Positions 14,554-27,850 are shown, counted from the stretch's first letter. The stretch is DNA of 64,000 nt from the human T2T-CHM13v2.0 reference genome, Homo sapiens (GCF_009914755.1 NC_060927.1); one strand, 5' to 3'. Numbers and translations are program-made. The notes: generated by a model from the letters alone, not told the origin.

Positions 14554-16128
14554 AGAGACGCTAGTTTATGCAACATTTCAGGTGGTCTGTGGATTGACAG
14601 AAAGAGCATGTACTCATCTGCCATTAGATTTAAGTTCCTTATGTATTGAGCCAATGTCACAAAATCTTGTCAGAGTTTATATAGCCACACAGTGCAGAAA
14701 CAGATACATAATGCTTTCCATAGCCCAGTTCCCTAATGCAGGGCCTTTTCTAGGGTGTGTTGGGTCCTTGTCTGCATACACAATTTTACTAAATATTATA
14801 TTACAAAAGTTACAGTGATTTAATGATGAAGATTCAGAATATGGGATAGAGAAAAGAAATTTACCCATTCACTTATTGTCCGATCAGTGCACATGAAGAT
14901 TGTTTGTAGTGTCCAGGCACCATTTTTTCCTGTTCAGGTCTGAGAACTTTCTCTTCTTGTCCTTTACTGTCAAATTCACCACTTCTGGCTATTTAAAAAA
15001 GTCTTCTACCATGAGAAAAAGACAGCAATGTTGTTATTACTCATAAAGCTATGGCTCTTTAAAATCTGTTTGTATTGAAGCAGAGTAGACAGATTATTTA
15101 TCTCTGTAGTTCCCAAATACTATTAACTTAATACTTGTTATATTGTTACTTATGACACTGCATTACTGACTTCCAGAGACTTGAAAGTTGTTACCACATT
15201 TAATAGGTGATGATCAAATACAGTTCTTAACCCAGGGTGTTCAGCAAAGTGTGAATGATCATTTATTTTCCGGTCATGTTAAATTTACCATTGGGAATTT
15301 TAAATATAAGCACAGAACAGCACATCTTCCAACCAAATCTTCCCTTGAACTCTTGAGGCCATAAACACTGTGTTCCTAGAATATGCTCCCTTTCAGTGTT
15401 GACTGTACCCCTGCTTTCCCCCACACTGCCACAAGGAATAGTCAAGGACTATGTTGTTACCAGAGGCTATGTTCAAGATTTCTTTTCCTTTTTTTTAACT
15501 TTTCAACATGATTGTACTACTGTTAAGGAATGGAAACAACCACCAGAAATCTTTGATTGCCCTCCATTTGGTAGCTACTGTTTACTTCTTGGAAGCCAAG
15601 GTTGCTTAGAACATCACTTAAATTGCCTTTTCCTTCTAGAAGTGTCAGACTTAGAAATTAAGTCACACTATTAGACATGAGGGACTGCTGAAGAAAATGG
15701 TATGAGCAGACTGTGGCATGTCTGTCAGAGGTTCCTTGATGCTGGTAAAAGAGGTAGTGGGTTATGATGGCTTCTACTGACTTGTCCTAAGAATCAACAC
15801 AAATGTATTTAGGTTTTATTATTATAATAAAGGGAAACTTGAAGTGGGAGAAAATGAGATTGTAAATTGATTTTTTAAAGATATCCAGATACCACTTTAA
15901 AAAAAATGGATTAACTCTTCTCATGGCTTAGGAAATTCACACCCACCCCCTTTACAGAGAAGCTTCTGATTACACCACCTCTTGTCAAGTTAGATGCAGC
16001 AGTGAGTGATGTGAAATCATTTCTTAATTATCTGTATTAATGGATGGAGAATAATAAATGGCAAAGAAACAAATGAAAATGCTGATTTTAATATAAGGTA
16101 TTTTTTCCCAAGTGTATTTTCCTTTGAC

Positions 16129-16631
16129 CAGGACCAGCTACATAATTCCTGAGGCACAGTGCAAAATGAAAATGCTGGGCCCCATGTTCAAAAATTAAGG
16201 CTGTCAAGATGGCATTATTAGGTACCTAGATAGGGGGTGAATGAGAGTCTCATCTTCACTGGGACATGGCCTCCAGGCACCTGCCATATGCACCATGACT
16301 GTGGGCATGTGCTCCTAAACCAATGCCCAGGCATCTGCCTGGGCTGAGGACAGCAGCAGTCACTGGAGAGGGGACAGGGAGGGGGAGGCCAGGTAGGACC
16401 TGGGGCAGCAAGATGGGGTAGCAGTGGCCAAAAACCACACAGCAGGAGGCAGGGATGCCTGTGAGCCTAGCCTACAAGTCCCTGAAGCATGCTTTTTTGT
16501 CTCATTAGACCACTTACAACAGAAATTAACAGTGAAATTATTAAGAAATCTTAGATGGCAACTGCAAAGTATTAAAAGCATTAAACCCCAGGGGCCCTGT
16601 GTGATTGGCCATACATCCGTGACTGCCCCTG
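16129..16631 (-). mobile_element. MER45-family hAT-Tip100 DNA transposon
   Basis: CAGG...CCTG termini; caggaccagctacataatt...gtgcaaaatgaaaatg end; 8-bp TSD cctttgac/ccttggac. Confidence 0.8.
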
Positions 16632-16861
16632 CCTTGGACTTTTACCAGTGTGTACTGTTAATATCACCTGATCATGTGGGAAGCACTGTAGAATTATGCT
16701 GACTTTGACAGGAGGAGTGAACATGTCACATAATTTATAATGTAGATAACCTTGACATATGACATCAAGAATTGATGATAGTTTAGATTCTAATAAATTC
16801 ATTAGTGAACTATTTTTATTGCACAAACCCACATTAAGGTAGAGGGATGGAGGAGGATGAC

Positions 16862-17222
16862 TATGTTAGTCTGTTCAGGCTTCTGTAACAAAACACCGTA
16901 AACTAGGTAGCTAACAAACAACAGAAATGTATTTCTTATACTTCTAGAGGCTGGGAAGTCCAAGATGAAGGTATCAGCAGATTTAGTGTCTGGCGAGGGC
17001 CTTATTCCTAATAGATGGCTGTCTTCTCACTATAACTTCATAAGAAGGAAGGGAAGAGCTCTGATCTCTTCAATCCCTTATAAGGGCACTAATCCCATTT
17101 ATGACAGCTCCACTCTTATACCCTATTCGCTTCCCAAAGGCCCCACCTTTTAGTACTAACACATTGCAATTAGGTTTCAACATATGAATTTTGGGAGTAC
17201 ACAAACATTCAGACCATTAGCA
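16862..17222 (-). mobile_element. MaLR solo LTR (MLT1A-like)
   Basis: ctagaggctgggaagtccaagatgaagg...caacatatgaattttggg...cagacca; TSD atgac/atggc. Confidence 0.85.
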
Positions 17223-17589
17223 ATGGCTAAGTAAGGCTCACTACTTACTGGAGTTGAAAGTTACATTAGGGACTATAAAACAAGACAGTCATGATGTGTG
17301 CTATAATAGAGATAAAAACAAGAACAATAGGAAAACTAGGAGTAAAGAGATTAACTTTGACAGGCAATGTTGACAAGCCTTGTGAAAAAAAGAATGACTT
17401 TAGTCAGGCCATGTTGGATAAGTAGAATTTCTACTCCCAGAGATTTGTCCTTCCAAACCAAAAGGGACAGTATGAGCAAAGATAGTGAAATGCAGAGCTT
17501 GTTGATAGATAATGCCTGCATGTGGAGACATTCAGGCATTATTTTATTATATTGACTGAACATCTATTTTCCAGACACTAAAATGAAAG

Positions 17590-17790
17590 CAGGGATGTGA
17601 AAATACAGAATTTGGAATTAGACAAAGCCACATTTGAATCACTATTTACCACTTACCAGTTGTGTGACTGGAGACAACTTGCATAACTAAGCCTCAGTTT
17701 TAGTCATCTGTAAAATAAAGATATTAGTTTTGTTGAAGTATTATACGTATAAAGATTAGGTGAGATAATGTTTGTGAAACACTTCAACCA
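17590..17790 (+). mobile_element. MIR SINE
   Basis: accacttaccagttgtgtgac...gcctcagttttagtcatctgtaaaat. Confidence 0.75.
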
Positions 17791-18272
17791 GCACTCTCAG
17801 TCTGGATAAGGAGAAAAGCAAGTAGACTTATAAATGTGATAATAAATGCTATGAAGGCACAGAAAAGGGTGGCCATCTCTGCTCGAGGGTGTTGTGCAAG
17901 GCTTCATGAAAGAGGTGATATTTGAACTGAAGTCTGAAGGGTAAGTCATGTGTTTGTAAGCCGAGGAAAACTGAAAAAAATTCTTCTTAGGGTGAAGTTT
18001 GAAAATGAACTCCCTTTGTAATCTGTGTGGGGGGAGGGTGGGGATAAGGATGGAAGATTAGCAAGCAAGAAAAGGATGATCATATGGCCTTTAAATCTAT
18101 GTATAAAGACAAAAAATAATGTCTCATTACCACCCCAAACCACTTTTACCTGATTCAAAATATCAGACTCTTCTGAGAAGACAGAAGACCTTCTGTGGTG
18201 AGCTCACCCTCATGTAAGATGTAAACAAGTTTGCATGAGAACTTCTGCAGCAGATGTTGTCTATATTTTCTT

Positions 18273-18566
18273 TCCTTTTTGAAACCGAATCTTGGTTGCT
18301 CTGTAGCCCAGGCTAGAGTACAGTGGTACAATCATGGCTCACTGTGACCTCTGCTTCCCCAATTCAAACAATTCTCCTGTCTCAGCCTCCCAAATAGCTG
18401 GGATTACAGGTGTGCCCCACCACACCTGGCTAATTTTTGTATTTTTAGTAGAGATGGAGTTTCACCATGTTGATCAGGCTGGTCTCAAACTTCTGGCCTC
18501 AAGTTATCCACCTGCCTTGGCCTCCCAAAGTGCTAGGATTACAGGCAAGAGCCACTGTGCCCAGCC
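18273..18566 (-). mobile_element. Alu (older S or Jb type)
   Basis: Full antisense dimer; perfect 12-bp TSD CTATATTTTCTT (18261-18272, 18567-18578). Confidence 0.92.
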
Positions 18567-18785
18567 CTATATTTTCTTCTTTCCAGAAGTCAAGAGCCAG
18601 GAGAGAGTGAGTGAAACTCTTTAAAAAAATATGGTTACTTTTTCTTACTCTCATGTGGAACATTTTGCTTAGTTGGTAGACATTTATAACAAGACATGAT
18701 TGGCTCTTTTAAAAATAGGAATCTTAGTGGTTGATATGTTTTGCCATGTGTTTTACAGTGCACATCTTTTTGTGTTTTCTTCCAG

Positions 18786-18848
18786 CCTGAACACTTGCCT
18801 TTGCAGACTCAGTTCAAAGAAAGAGAAGTTGGCAATCTTCAGCACTCT
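18786..18848 (+). CDS. NECTIN3: Nectin-3 beta-type isoform, penultimate coding exon (PEHLPLQTQFKEREVGNLQHS)
   Basis: Acceptor tttttgtgttttcttccag, donor gtaagt; 63 nt, phase 0/0, open; resembles recalled mouse nectin-3 beta EHLPLQTQFKE. Confidence 0.92.
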
Positions 18849-19634
18849 GTAAGTAACTGTGTTGTCGGTATCAGCCCAGGTGGAGCTGGTAGCTAACGTG
18901 CTTATTAAAATATCATTTAATTGTATACAAGTTCATTTTATTCATCTTTCCCCTATTTGAGTGTCTCTGCTAAGATCTGGTAGTCCTTGAATTTTACTCT
19001 TAGAAGTAATCAAGTTTTATGAAACCAATAACGGGCAGAAGAGTCTGTCCCAGAGACACCACAGAACATCATGGGGGGTTCATTTTATAGGTGCTAGCTG
19101 TGGCAAGGTCAAGCCAGAAGGAAAGGTCAAGACAAGAGGATATTTTTGGCAGAGTTTCTTTTCAGTTTTATCAGGCATATGTTCAAATGCCAGTTCATTT
19201 TGCTGTGTCCGTTCCCCAGTTCCCCAGAGCTGAGTCGAGGTTTCTTTTGTTTGGTTGGCTTAATTCTCTGTATGTCTCATATGTTCATTTCAAGCTTGAG
19301 CCTTGCTTAAGAGACTTCTGAGGTTTATAACCCTGTTCTTCTCCAGTTTACCTTAACTGATAGCAACTCCAAATTTTAAAATGTGAAACTGATCCCAGTC
19401 CCCATTAGTCACAATTTTGTATTTAGGAGCTACTACTATTCTTATTCAGGGTATTGTAAGCGACAAATGACTGGAAAATATAAGTTGTTGAACTTTACCT
19501 TGCCATTCAATAGTTTTTGGCATAATGAATCAGGGACACTAAACTGTAGTGAATTCTATTCTTGCCTGTTTTTACCAGTGCTAGAAAAATGCAAACAGCT
19601 GCTCTGCTAATGTAAGCAATGTTTGAATTTTTAG

Positions 19635-19814
19635 AATGGACTAAATAGCAGGAGTTTTGACTATGAAGATGAGAATCCAGTTGGGGAAGATGGCATTCAG
19701 CAGATGTACCCCCTTTACAATCAAATGTGCTACCAAGACCGGAGCCCTGGCAAACATCATCAAAATAACGACCCTAAGAGAGTCTACATCGACCCACGAG
19801 AACATTATGTGTGA
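19635..19814 (+). CDS. NECTIN3: Nectin-3 beta-type isoform, terminal coding exon ending in PDZ-binding EHYV*
   Basis: Acceptor tttgaatttttag with ctaat branch-like motif at 19607-19611; in frame with the previous exon; 59 codons plus TGA; C-terminus fits the nectin E/A-x-Y-V afadin-binding motif. Confidence 0.93.
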   Translation, partial: NGLNSRSFDYEDENPVGEDGIQQMYPLYNQMCYQDRSPGKHHQNNDPKRVYIDPREHYV

Positions 19815-20579
19815 TTTTTCTCTTTTTCCAATGGGCGTTCTAACAAATGTTTATTCTTAGATTGGGGAGAGAAGCTAAGGCCAATAGTTATTTTACTGTC
19901 TCTCATATAAGAACAGTCCCACTCTAAGGGTATTGGAAGTCTTAATGAATGACGTAAAGCCAATAGCAAATTTCTTTTCTTCATTAAGCGTTTCTTAACC
20001 ACCAGCTGTGTTTGTGAACTTGACTATAGCTTTGTGTGTTTCTGTGATGATGGTATTTAACTGCTAACATTTGGCCTACAATGGCATTTTCATTTAACAG
20101 TACAGCATCTGCCTGTGATAACTGCAGTGATTCTCCAGAAAGAAAGGCCCCAGCTGATACTATTAACCTCGTTGGGTCTCAGGCATGCTAGCCTGTTCAT
20201 CTGTAATTCACACAGGCATAAAAATGAGTTCAGAATCTATTTCACTAATTATTTAGCTGGGATTTGGATTTCCCTGACATGCTTAATACAATTACAATAC
20301 CTGTGTACAAACAGAGGCCTGAGGAAAGAGGCAAAATTTGCTTTTCATCCAAACAGCAACAAAAGGCAGTTGAAACCTTCAAGCCTGTTGGTTGCTTTTA
20401 AACCTTTGTGTTATTATGATATATATTCTTTGTTGAGCACTGAGGTCCTGAGGGATACATATCTCTTGCTGTTTTCTGCCTACTTTTGACTAGCTGTATG
20501 TAACAAAGGCTCTACTTTTGCTCTGTCACTGTTCCTACAGTCCTGTTCTTTACTAGCTAGATTAGCCTATTTTGCACCT

Positions 20580-20585
20580 ATTAAA
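20580..20585 (+). terminator. Proximal polyadenylation signal ATTAAA
   Basis: ATTAAA with upstream TGTA motifs near 20496-20503 and downstream G/T-rich ccttgttcctcttttctc. Confidence 0.6.
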
Positions 20586-23500
20586 TTCTAAAAACCTTGT
20601 TTAAATGGTGTACAGCCTTTAACCTTGTTCCTCTTTTCTCTAGTATTGTACATGACAGGCTCAGCTTTCACTTCTGAAATTTCTTTCAAACTAATCCCAG
20701 CCACACAGTCTTCACCTCCCCTTCTGCATTCTTCAGACTACTTATCATCCATGTTTTATCTACCTCAGAAAAGCCTGCTGGAAAGTCACCATGAAATAAC
20801 TTCTGCTCTTAAAAGCCAGGTGAAAATTTAGAAAACTTAAAAGAAAAGGCACTTCAATATGGCACGTATGTTAAACTGACATGTTTTTTATCCCTTCTCC
20901 CCTACTTTACCTGGTCACCAAGAGTCAAGAGATGCTAAAAAGTAAATAATATAATGACTTATCTACTAGGGTATCCCGCAACACTTTAGTGTCTGTAAAT
21001 GTGTCTTGAGTTTTCTCATCTCCCTTTGCCAGCTTTCCATCCCTGAGATTGACAGTAGTAATTACAGTGAGATAATTACAGAGCAGAGGTGGAAGGAATG
21101 TAGTTTCACATGAATGTCCATCGCTTCCCTCACATCTTAAGGAAAGCATCTTACTTTGTATTCTGGAAGGTTAGAGGTGTGTCAGAGGTATAGAAAATAC
21201 TACAGAGTGTTTAGGAAAGAGTGACATAAGCAATAAAATACATTAAGTATATTTCCAACCTAACTTCAAGGGTAGAGGAGAATGTTAGCATAGATTTCTA
21301 ATGAGATGCCAAAGATACGTTATGATTTATGTCGTGCTGGCTCTAGTTCTTCTTTGTGTGTTTGTTTCTTCTTTCTAGTTGCCATGCTTTATCAAATTAT
21401 CTAGGTAGTTCTACAGCCGAAATATATTCTCCCCCATTTACGCGAGTGACCAGCAACTCTGGGAGACAGGATGCTTAGATTTCAACTCAATGCTTTAGCT
21501 AGGTAATTAGCAGTTTTAAAGTCTGTAGCTGTAAGGATCAAAGGGTGAATTTCAAGGACGCCCATTGCTACTGTGCTACCTCAGAGTAGGAGTGTACTGC
21601 CCTTTGTAGCAAAGAAAATATTCAACTTTATTATTTGGAAGGCCAACGCTGAGTTAGTATAACTGAAGGTGTAGGAATCCTGGCATTTGTCTTCCGATAG
21701 GAGGATGGCTGTGATCAGAGCTCTGCTTGACAGGGAAGTGTTTCATAAACACTGGATGTTATGGAGGCAATAAGGGGGTATGTCAGCTCCTTTAGAAAGC
21801 TTTAAAAATGTCAATGTCTTACATGTTGGGGATGGTTTCCAGGGTCCTGCTGGGAAGTAAATTGTTGAATTAGTTCACAAAAGCATACTATAGACCCAGG
21901 GGAGTAGCTGTCTTCATTTGCACCAGAGAAAGGGATCTGGAAACACTGGTTCTCAGGAGCCCTGTGGCCTGTCTTCAGCACCCTCCATACCTTGAGGAAC
22001 CCACTGTCTACCTTTTAAAATTCTCAGTGTAGTTATGGAAAAGAAATTTCAGGATGTAGTCTCACCTCTCCTGCAGCCAGTGAGTTCAGTATCTTCTTTG
22101 CCTTGTGTCAGCTAGGATACTTCTTTAACAAACTGGTAGATGTTATAGCTCTTGGCCCTTTACACAGGTCATAGAAGCTCTATAATAGCTTATCCTGGTG
22201 CCTTCCATCTGTTCTCTCTAAAAACTGGGCTAAATAGAAAGCAGCTTTAAAAGGGTTTGATCAACCAGGCCTCTCTACCAAAAATTGCCATCCAAAAGTA
22301 GCCTGTTGGTCTCTAAATTTGGAGCCTAGACTACTTGACAATGCCATTTAAATTTGGAAGTTAGGTTCTTAAAGGTCAGCGATTGAGGTTTAGGGAATAA
22401 TCCATAGCTGATATTAGATGCTCTTTCCATAACTTGTTTAGTAAAACACTCTGAAACAGAAATAAATCCTCAGAGCGCTTATCTACTTATGGTTGCAGCT
22501 CTGCACTTCTGGGTGGGGTGTGCATGCTTACCTTAAACGCACAGCCTTTATTGCCTATTTTGTAGGCAGCCCAAGAGTATGCCTTGGAGTATGCATTGTT
22601 GCTACAGTAGCAGATCACCGTGTTCTTTGCACACCACATGCAATGGTATAAGAAGTCCATGCTCTTTGGGGTATGTAATATAAAATTCTTACCGGGGCTA
22701 TGCTTCTGTGTAACATGTACATAATAGATACTTAAGAAATGTGCTGAAAACTACAATGAACTGGTTTCCCCATTACTTTCCTATGGGCTTGTTTACTTAA
22801 AGGGACAAGATAGTTTCTTCATCCTGCTATTGCAAATGATTTCCTAAGACCTCTTTCACAGTAGTCTAAAATTCACTATTTGGTTTTCCATTTTTCACTC
22901 TTTTCCTGCACTATGCTGGTTTTCCGGTGCTATTCTTTATATACAGTAGAGCCTTCCTTTAAGCCTCATTCCCTGGAGTTTGGAAGATAGACCATTTACC
23001 AAGAATCAAAACAGGTACTCCCAACTTCACCTCTTTCTAGCCATTCAAACAGGCAAGTCACTTAACCTGTCTGGGGTATCATTTGCAACCTCTCAGAATT
23101 GTGGTGAGAGTTAAAGAAGATGATAATGGATGGGAAATTGGAGAATTGTAATTTTCCTTCAAACTGACAAATGCCTATGACTCTGTTATTGTTGCATATT
23201 GAACCTAAATGTCCAGGGCCCTTGCCAGCATTTAGAATACTGTAGTTTCCCTAGGGATTACCAAGTGGCAAAATGAAAAATTCAGTTTGATCGAATTCAC
23301 GTATAGCCAAGTGCAAGTTAGAGAACTTCCTTTTACTATAACAAATAATTGTCATGTGAAAAGCTTTTTGTCTGAATCTTAGCTGCTTAGGCTTTAGCTA
23401 GAATTGAAAATGCATGTTACTATTACCAGTATTTGCTCTTATTTTAAAAATTACTACTAATAACAAATAACATCATTGAGTACGTAGTATGGATTGGGTT

Positions 23501-25121
23501 CTAGGGCAAATACCTTACATGAATCATCTCAAGGAATAGAACCAGACTCCTGTTTTGCCCTCTTCCCAGGAGCTCCTGTGGGACAGACAGGCCCATACTC
23601 CCCTGCTGTACAATCATAGGGCATGCTGAGCATCAGTTGGCTGTTACTTCTTTCAAATCTGCTTTTGGGGAGTGGGGAACATAGTTTTTAAATTATTTTT
23701 AAAGCAAAGATATAAGAGAGTATATGGAATAAAACCATAAGAAATGTTTATTAAGACAAAAGCAAGTACATATGCTCTTTTTTTTTACTTTACTATGGGT
23801 AATTCAAATGCTCAGACTCTCATATTCATTAGATTACCCATAGCTATAAAAACAACCAACCAAATAATTATAACCACTCCATCTCAGTTGGCTCAATTTT
23901 AGTGGGCACAAACTTCTCTCTAACATCTCTCCCTCAACTTAGTTGTTCGATATGCTCATTGCTGTGTTTGTTTCACCTTTACTGAACTCCCAGGAGTGGC
24001 GACACTCCTATACTGGACAACTGGAAAGAAGCCAAAAAGACAGAAGAATAGAAAAGCATCAAATAGAAATGTCACAGTCCCCACCCGTGGCTCAGCTCTG
24101 TGGTTCTCTTCTTCCTGTGTTTGGCTGACAAGGACCTTCCTTCATTCTGAAGTCATTTGCAGACCTTATAGCAGGACCAGGGACTTTCATCCCCATTAAA
24201 CTAGAAGCTGCTATTTGCAGGCTTATTTCAACTGTAGACTATGACTGGATTAATATTGTTATATCTATAAAAATATTGGGTTTCCTCCACTAGAGAAAAT
24301 TATAACCTGGCCTTTGCCAGTTTGGGCGCTCACAATTATTAGGTTGTTTTGGTAGCCTTCAGTAGATAGAAATGTGTGAGGGCTATAGGGCTCCCAACCT
24401 CACCAGGTGGTACTTTACACTGAAATCAGGTCTTAGACCAAGTGCTGCGTCATGTGTGTTTATGAGCAAGCAGGCACCAGAACAGTCATGCAACCTGTCC
24501 TGTAAGCTTGAAAAAGTCCCAATTCTGTCCTTCTGTGCAACCCAACATTATCCTACCTAGAAGAGTTATTAGAAGTGAATCCAGCAATATTCTAGCAGAT
24601 TCAGTCAGCCAAGTCAATTCTTAGTTTCACTTCTAAAAGAATAAGTTAGAAATCCCAAACTGCTGGGCTTGTCAGATTCTTATACACTGCTTGTGGAAGG
24701 TCTAGGGTGCCCTACAATATTTGGGCCGATCCACATATCTCTAACACCATTAATATGAATCATTGGAAATATTTTACTTATTAACAAAGTCTCTTGTGTT
24801 AAGCTACAGATAAAGCTTTTGTGGTAGTGTCTGAAGTGACTAGAGTTTTTTTCAAATGCTAGCAGCCCTGAAGTTGTATTCCCAATTAGGATATGTCAGA
24901 CGTTAAGCAGGCACCCCCAGAGTAACTATTATGACTGATTAACATATGCCAAAATAATTTTTAAAAATTATATCAAGTATAACAGAACTTATTAAAGATT
25001 TCACAGGTTATTATACCCTCACACTAGGGTGGGGTGAAGCTCTTTACTGCTCTAAACTCAACAACCTGCTGTGTAGAGGTGAACTGGCACTTATCCTTAG
25101 TGACAGCCTGTTCATCCTTAG

Positions 25122-25123
<2 letters not shown>

Positions 25124-25165
<42 letters not shown>
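25124..25165. repeat. (GT)21 microsatellite
   Basis: Perfect dinucleotide run. Confidence 0.97.
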
Positions 25166-25173
<8 letters not shown>

Positions 25174-27850
25174 AAGAAATGTCTACTTAAAATTTGCAGC
25201 TCAAAAAAACATTTTGCAGTTCACATGTGCAAGAGAATCCCACCCCTGCAAACTTCTCTCAATACTTGAAACATTAGGTTACTGCTATGTTTTTTTCTAT
25301 TATTGAGTTTGTTACTTTTCTCAAGTTTTAATTTGACTGTAGAAGTTTGAAGCAGAGTAGACTAAAGATAAAAGGGAACATAAACAATTCAGAAGAACAC
25401 AAAAAATTTTGTCATATGTTTTCAATTGGGGCAATGACATATAAGTTCCCTCTGGGTCTCAAGGAGAGAGGATCTACCATTGACAAATAAAAACATTCTC
25501 CATTCCGTTAGTTATGAATAAATCCATCCCATTAATCCTTCCCCCGGAATATTCTAGTCAGTGTGTGGGGGCTGAGGTTATGATATATATCAAACAACAT
25601 GCCTCCCTACATCAAAAAGTACTAGTTACATTCTGTATCTTAAAGCTGTGAGGTTTAGGATTAACTTCCATAATTTCAGAGGAATAGATGTTTTGAATAT
25701 TATTGCCATATATATTTCCTGAAAACAACATTTCCATGAGTTGAAAATGGGCAGGGTACTGTCCTCTAAATGCTCCCATTCTGTAGCTGTGTTTACAGCT
25801 GCCACTAGCACATGATTTATAGAAGAGGCATATCAGCTGGACCCAAGGAGATGTACTCATGGACTTAAGATGATTAGATTATAAATGCCATCCCACACAA
25901 TCTTTAATAAACAAAACCCAGGTGAGCTATATCATTCTTTTGCTGCATCAAAAGATGGGAAACCAAACAGTTGTCCTCTTGTGGTTTTTCCCAGCAATAC
26001 AATTTATAAAGTTCCTATAATCAGGTGCCCTGTGACCCAGCAGGATCCTTGGTACCATGACCTAAATTGGTTGTATTTATTATCATGGTATGGAATTTGA
26101 CTGTGAAAGTTGATTAGAGACCTTGAGGGAAAGCCTCCCTGGAGATCCAGAACATCAGATTTGCTATGCTGGCTTAGAACTGTGTCCTATCCTACTACAG
26201 ATGTGTCTGTCAGCCATGAAGAGATGTTTTAGGTGTCTCTTCCAGAAGTTGATTTCCGCTAATAACCCACAGTGGATCTATGAATACCAGAGTTGTACGT
26301 GATTTTCCAAGTGAATAGGCGCCATTGTTTTGGTTTTAAATACCCTTTCCAGTAATGACTGGTATTTTTTAAAAACCTACCCTAGCATGTTGATCAGGCT
26401 AAATTAAGTTCCTCTCTCAAGCCTTATTGATGGCTCAGTGCCCATTATATTTTAACTACAGGTAACAGCAGTTTGTCCTAAATGCATTAGTTTGCACTTG
26501 TCCAGGTTGTAGCTCTTTTATGCCTCTGCTTTTTCCCACATGGTCTTATGAGAACATATTGCATATATTCCCTTCAGCTGAGCATTTCAATACCCAGACA
26601 AGTGTTTGTCATTTTAGGCCTCATCACATACTTGAAATTCCAAGTCCTTTTTAAAAGAAATGTTAAGTAGCTGGTGTTGCTACTAGATCCCTGGATTATT
26701 CCACTTGTCCATCCATAAAAGTTCCTGTTTATTCTCTACCTTCTGTTTCTATTTCTAAGCCAATGCTTTAAGACATAACATCTGCTCCAGCCTGTTCACT
26801 ATCCATGTGGTTTTAAACTCTTAACTTTACTTCTTAGCTTCATCCCTGTAAGTAAGTGCTCTCTACCTCACAGGGGTCTTATGAGGGGGAAAAAATAAGA
26901 TGTTTAAGGGTTGTTTTAAGAGAGAGATCCTTCTTTTAAAGTGATTTTATCAAAGCCCCTTGGGTTAGAAATGAAAAACTCTATAGCTATTTTTTTCCTA
27001 TTCTCGTTTTGCTATTTTTATTTCTGAAAAGTGATCTGTCTGAAAAGAGCCTTATATCTGGTTTTAACTTCTCCTCATTGACCCTTTTCACAGTGAAATC
27101 TCTACTTTATCCATGCTCTGAACTTTTTATTTATGGAGCCCAAACTAATTTTCCCACAACAAATCTCACATACTTTTACTCCTATCATTAAACAAATTAA
27201 TGTCCTCCACAAAGAAACATCTGGCTCTTCCTACAAGAAGTCAGAAGCTAATGAGGTCTCACTCTGGCCCTGGCAAGATCTCACAGTGTGCCTTGGTTCT
27301 CCCTGTGTAAACTGAGGTAGTCCGGCTATTCCCCAGCGCCCAGGTGTTGTGAGTCCTAATAAATGGTGAAAAGCATTTTGCAAATGTTCTGTACTATATA
27401 AATGCATAGTGCCTAATATGGAGAGTCTTCAAGCAAAAATGTGCTCTAGCTCAATTCAGAATACTAATTCACCCATTGTTTTCAAAAGAAATGTTTTACT
27501 AACCTGTTTTTTTTTCTTTTGTAAAATTAGTTTCTAGTCATTTGAACTGTTTTTATTTTGTGTATAGAAGTGATCAATAGTATATATTCTTGCTTGTCAG
27601 AGAATACCCAAGTTGTATTGTTAAATGTTAAAACAATGGGGTTACATAACAGTATAGTTGGATAGGGAGGAAGATTCTAGCTCAAAAGTTGCAAAATACA
27701 GAAATACAAAGATTAGCTTTGAATTGGAGATTGTACTATAAATAGTAGATGTTAATGTGGTGGTTTCTAGATATATACTTTATTTTTAAGTTACAAGAAA
27801 TTGTCTTTTATTTTTGCAGTTTTGAACTATATGATTCTTTACATGTTTTA

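Noticed and set aside
19657-19860. ORF MTMKMRIQ... overlapping the terminal exon
   Set aside because: Alternative frame of the real NECTIN3 exon; the spliced frame begins at 19635
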